A stretch of DNA of 63,653 nt, counting the filler, from Octopus bimaculoides (taxonomy: Eukaryota), in NCBI RefSeq assembly GCF_001194135.2. It is 5 parts of 4 records of this genome, joined end to end, with 100 filler letters (N's around TTAATTAATTAA, not from the genome) between each part and the next. Parts side by side here need not be neighbours in the genome. Positions count along the whole stretch, not along the records: positions 60,676 to 63,653 come from NC_068997.1; 4 more parts are not named here. One strand, 5' to 3'. A program made the translations under genes and the position numbers. The notes under the pieces were generated by a model. That model made no database searches and was not told the DNA's origin. It saw nothing but the letters and a program-made list of their open reading frames with translations. The first letter of the stretch is position 1. Each line of letters starts with the position of its first letter. Below are positions 60,710 through 63,653 of this stretch, in pieces.

Positions 60710-61647
60710 ATATATATATATATATTGATATATATATATATATATGTATTTATGTACACATATGCATAGACATATATACATACATATACACATGTGTGCA
60801 GCTCATACACTCCTCTCCATACACTTTCTGCAACTTTGTGTAGGCCTCTGAGCAGGTATCGCCATGACAACTTTCCTTGTCATGGTCAATGCGATGATCA
60901 CACAGTACACACCTTCCTTCCAGACGCTGCTATAAACAGTGGAAGTAAGCTAGAACGTTAAAACTTAGTGTACATGCATAGTAGAGTTCAAAATTCAATC
61001 TGTGCCAAGCAGCTTCACTCTGCATGCTTTAGCTTCATTACTATGCCAACAGTCCGGATACTTATTGATCATACCTAGTACACATCCTACACACATGAAA
61101 TATTTGTATCTCTTTTACTCTTTTATTCTTTTACTTGTTTCAGTCATTTGACTGCAGCCATGCTGGAGTGCCACCTTTAGTCGAGCAAATCGACCCCAGG
61201 ACTTATTCTTTGTAAGCCTNNNNNNNNNNNNNNNNNNNNNNNNNNNNNNNNNNNNNNNNNNNNNNNNNNNNNNNNNNNNNNNNNNNNNNNNNNNNNNNNN
61301 NNNNNNNNNNNNNNNNNNNNNNNNNNNNNNNNNNNNNNNNNNNNNNNNNNNNNNNNNNNNNNNNNNNNNNNNNNNNNNNNNNNNNNNNNNNNNNNNNNNN
61401 NNNNNNNNNNNNNNNNNNNNNNNNNNNNNNNNNNNNNNNNNNNNNNNNNNNNNNNNNNNNNNNNNNNNNNNNNNNNNNNNNNNNNNNNNNNNNNNNNNNN
61501 NNNNNNNNNNNNNNNNNNNNNNNNNNNNNNNNNNNNNNNNNNNNNNNNNNNNNNNNNNNNNNNNNNNNNNNNNNNNNNNNNNNNNNNNNNNNNNNNNNNN
61601 NNNNNNNNNNNNNNNNNNNNNNNNNNNNNNNNNNNNNNNNNNNNNNN

Positions 61648-61685
<38 letters not shown>

Positions 61686-62533
61686 GCATATATACGACAG
61701 GCTTCTTTCAGTTTCTGTCTACCAAATCCACTCATAAGGCTTTGGTTGGCCTGAAGCTATAGTAGAAGACACTTGCTCAAGGTGCCACGCAGTGGAACTG
61801 AACCCGGAACCATGTGGTTGGTAAGCAAGCTACTTACCACACAGCCACTCCTATCTATGTAAATAGATATATTGTGTCTTTTTTTTCAAAAAAATGATAC
61901 CATGTGTTGAGATATATTTACCAACAGTAAAAGGCAGAATTAGTTTTGTTTTTGCTTTTCAAAGTTACCTATGGTGTCACAATAGCAATAAAAGATCAAG
62001 GAACGAGGAGAAAGAAAGGGAGAACATAAGCTAGTGTTTATTGTGCATTTTAGTTTTGTTAAATAAGTTATGTTTGAAATTATATATATTAAATAAAATG
62101 GGTAAAAAACAATTTATAAAATTGAATATGATGGATGATTCTGGTTGGACATGTCAGACTAATATTGAAGCTATAGGATGTGTAATGTCATTTGTTGAGT
62201 AGTGGTTGTGATGGTGTAGGTATTAGTAAGGCCTGGGGTCGTGGGGTTGTGGGGAGGACTGTGGGGTGTTTAGAAGTGTAAAAATGTCAATAAGAGGAAA
62301 AGGACTTTTGTGAGATGGGTATTGGAAGAGAAAGAGGGAAAAGAGAGACAGAAGGAGTGGATGGTGAGCAGAGTTAAGAGTGAGAAGATGGGAGAGAGAC
62401 AGTGAGGAGGAGGAGGAGGAGGGGGAAAAGGCGAAAGAGAGAGAGATGGTGCTGTAGTGGTTAGAATGAGGGAAGGAAAGAAGGAACGAAAGAGGATGAA
62501 CAGATATGCATAAGAAATGTAAAGGAGTGAGGA

Positions 62534-63082
62534 GTGAAGAAAAGGTATAAGAAAGAAAGAAAGAAAGAAAGAGCAAGGAAGAAAGAACGAACGAAAGAAA
62601 GAAAGAAAGGAAGGAAGGAAGGAAGGAAAGAAGGAAGGAAGGAGGGAAGGAAGGGAGGAAGGAAGGGAGGGAGGAAGAAAGGATGGAAGAAAGGAAGGGA
62701 GGAAGAAAGAAAGGAAGGGAGGAAGGAAGGAAGGAAGAAAGAAAGGAAGGAAAGAAGGAAGAAATGGAGGAAGGAAGGAAGGAAAGAAAGAAGGAAGGGA
62801 GGAAGGGAAGAAGGAAGGAAGGAAGGCAGGAAGGGAGGAAAGAAGGAAGAAAGGAAGGAAGGAAGGAAGGAAGAAAGGGAGGAAGGAAAGAAGGAAGGAA
62901 GAAAGAAAGGAAGGAAGGAAGAAAGGGAGGAAGGAAGGAAAGAAAGAAGGAAGGAAAGAAGGAATGAAGGAAGAAAGAAAGGAAGAAAGAAAGGAAGAAA
63001 GGAAGGAAGGAAGAAAGGGAGGAAGGAAGGAAGGAAAGAAGGAAGGAAGGAAGGAAAGAAGGAAGGAAGGAAGGAAGGAAGA
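62534..63082. repeat. ~550-bp polypurine (GGAA/GAAA)n tract
   Basis: Read directly; the + strand is almost entirely A/G. Confidence 0.95.
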
Positions 63083-63612
63083 ATATGAGTGGGAAAGACA
63101 AGGAGAGACCAAGCAAATGTAGGAATTTTTGAATGGGAAAAGAAAAATAGAAATTATAAAAGAGAAATTGGGAAGGGTAGAGAGAAAGGAGGGGGTGGAG
63201 GTAAAGGAGAAGAAATTATTAAGAGAGTAAGGAGAGGAGGAATAAAGTTGGATGGATAGATAGATAGAGAGAGAGTGAGAGAAAGATAGATTGATAGATA
63301 GATAGATTGATAGACAGATAGATAGATGGATAGATAGAGAGAGAAAGAAAGATAGATATATTGATAGATAGATAGAGAGAGAAAGAAAGATTGATAGATT
63401 GATAGATAGATAAAGATACAGAGAGATATGAGTGTATAAAGAGGGTGAAGAATTGAGAGATTGATATAGAAGTGTGGAGAAAAAAGCAAGAGGAAAGATA
63501 ATTTTACAGGGAATGAAAGAAAGAGAGAGAAAGAGTGAAAGGGACAGAAGAAAAACAGACAGAAGGTGAGAGACGAAGATAAAGAGAACGAATAAAAGAG
63601 TACAGGTGACAC

Positions 63613-63653
<41 letters not shown>

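Noticed and set aside
62223-63116. Long ORFs on both strands (KEGR-rich on +, PSFL-rich on -)
   Set aside because: They are stop-free translations of the GGAA microsatellite, with no splice or domain support.

Overview
AT-rich, microsatellite-dense animal genomic DNA from a gapped draft assembly. The repeat families and the opine dehydrogenase point to a coleoid cephalopod, most likely Octopus (inference). Two host genes face each other. The first is the 3' two-thirds of ERCC6L2 (SNF2-family helicase), with 13 coding exons reconstructed by hand on + from 24699 to the stop at 39850. One expected short exon is not visible (probably in an N gap), and no earlier exon was found in the first 24.7 kb. 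The second is an octopine/opine dehydrogenase on - (44012-45229) whose 405-codon CDS has no intron. The rest is mostly transposon debris: tRNA-derived SINEs, RTE and R4/Dong-like LINE fragments, Penelope-like elements (PLEs), mariner, hAT and TTAA MITEs, and a Helentron-type element. The most unusual signal is the 3' terminus of a Poseidon-like PLE. Right after the ORF stop it carries a tRNA-derived Pol III A/B-box cassette, an (AAT)n linker and a minimal hammerhead ribozyme. Three more copies of this module lie without the ORF in one ERCC6L2 intron. Other notable items are a candidate recursive splice site (long pyrimidine tract, then CAG|GTAAGT) at 5390, three different R4/Dong-like fragments stacked at (TAA)n tracts, and a ~550-bp imperfect palindrome. 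All identifications are by eye and from recalled family motifs; repeat boundaries are approximate.
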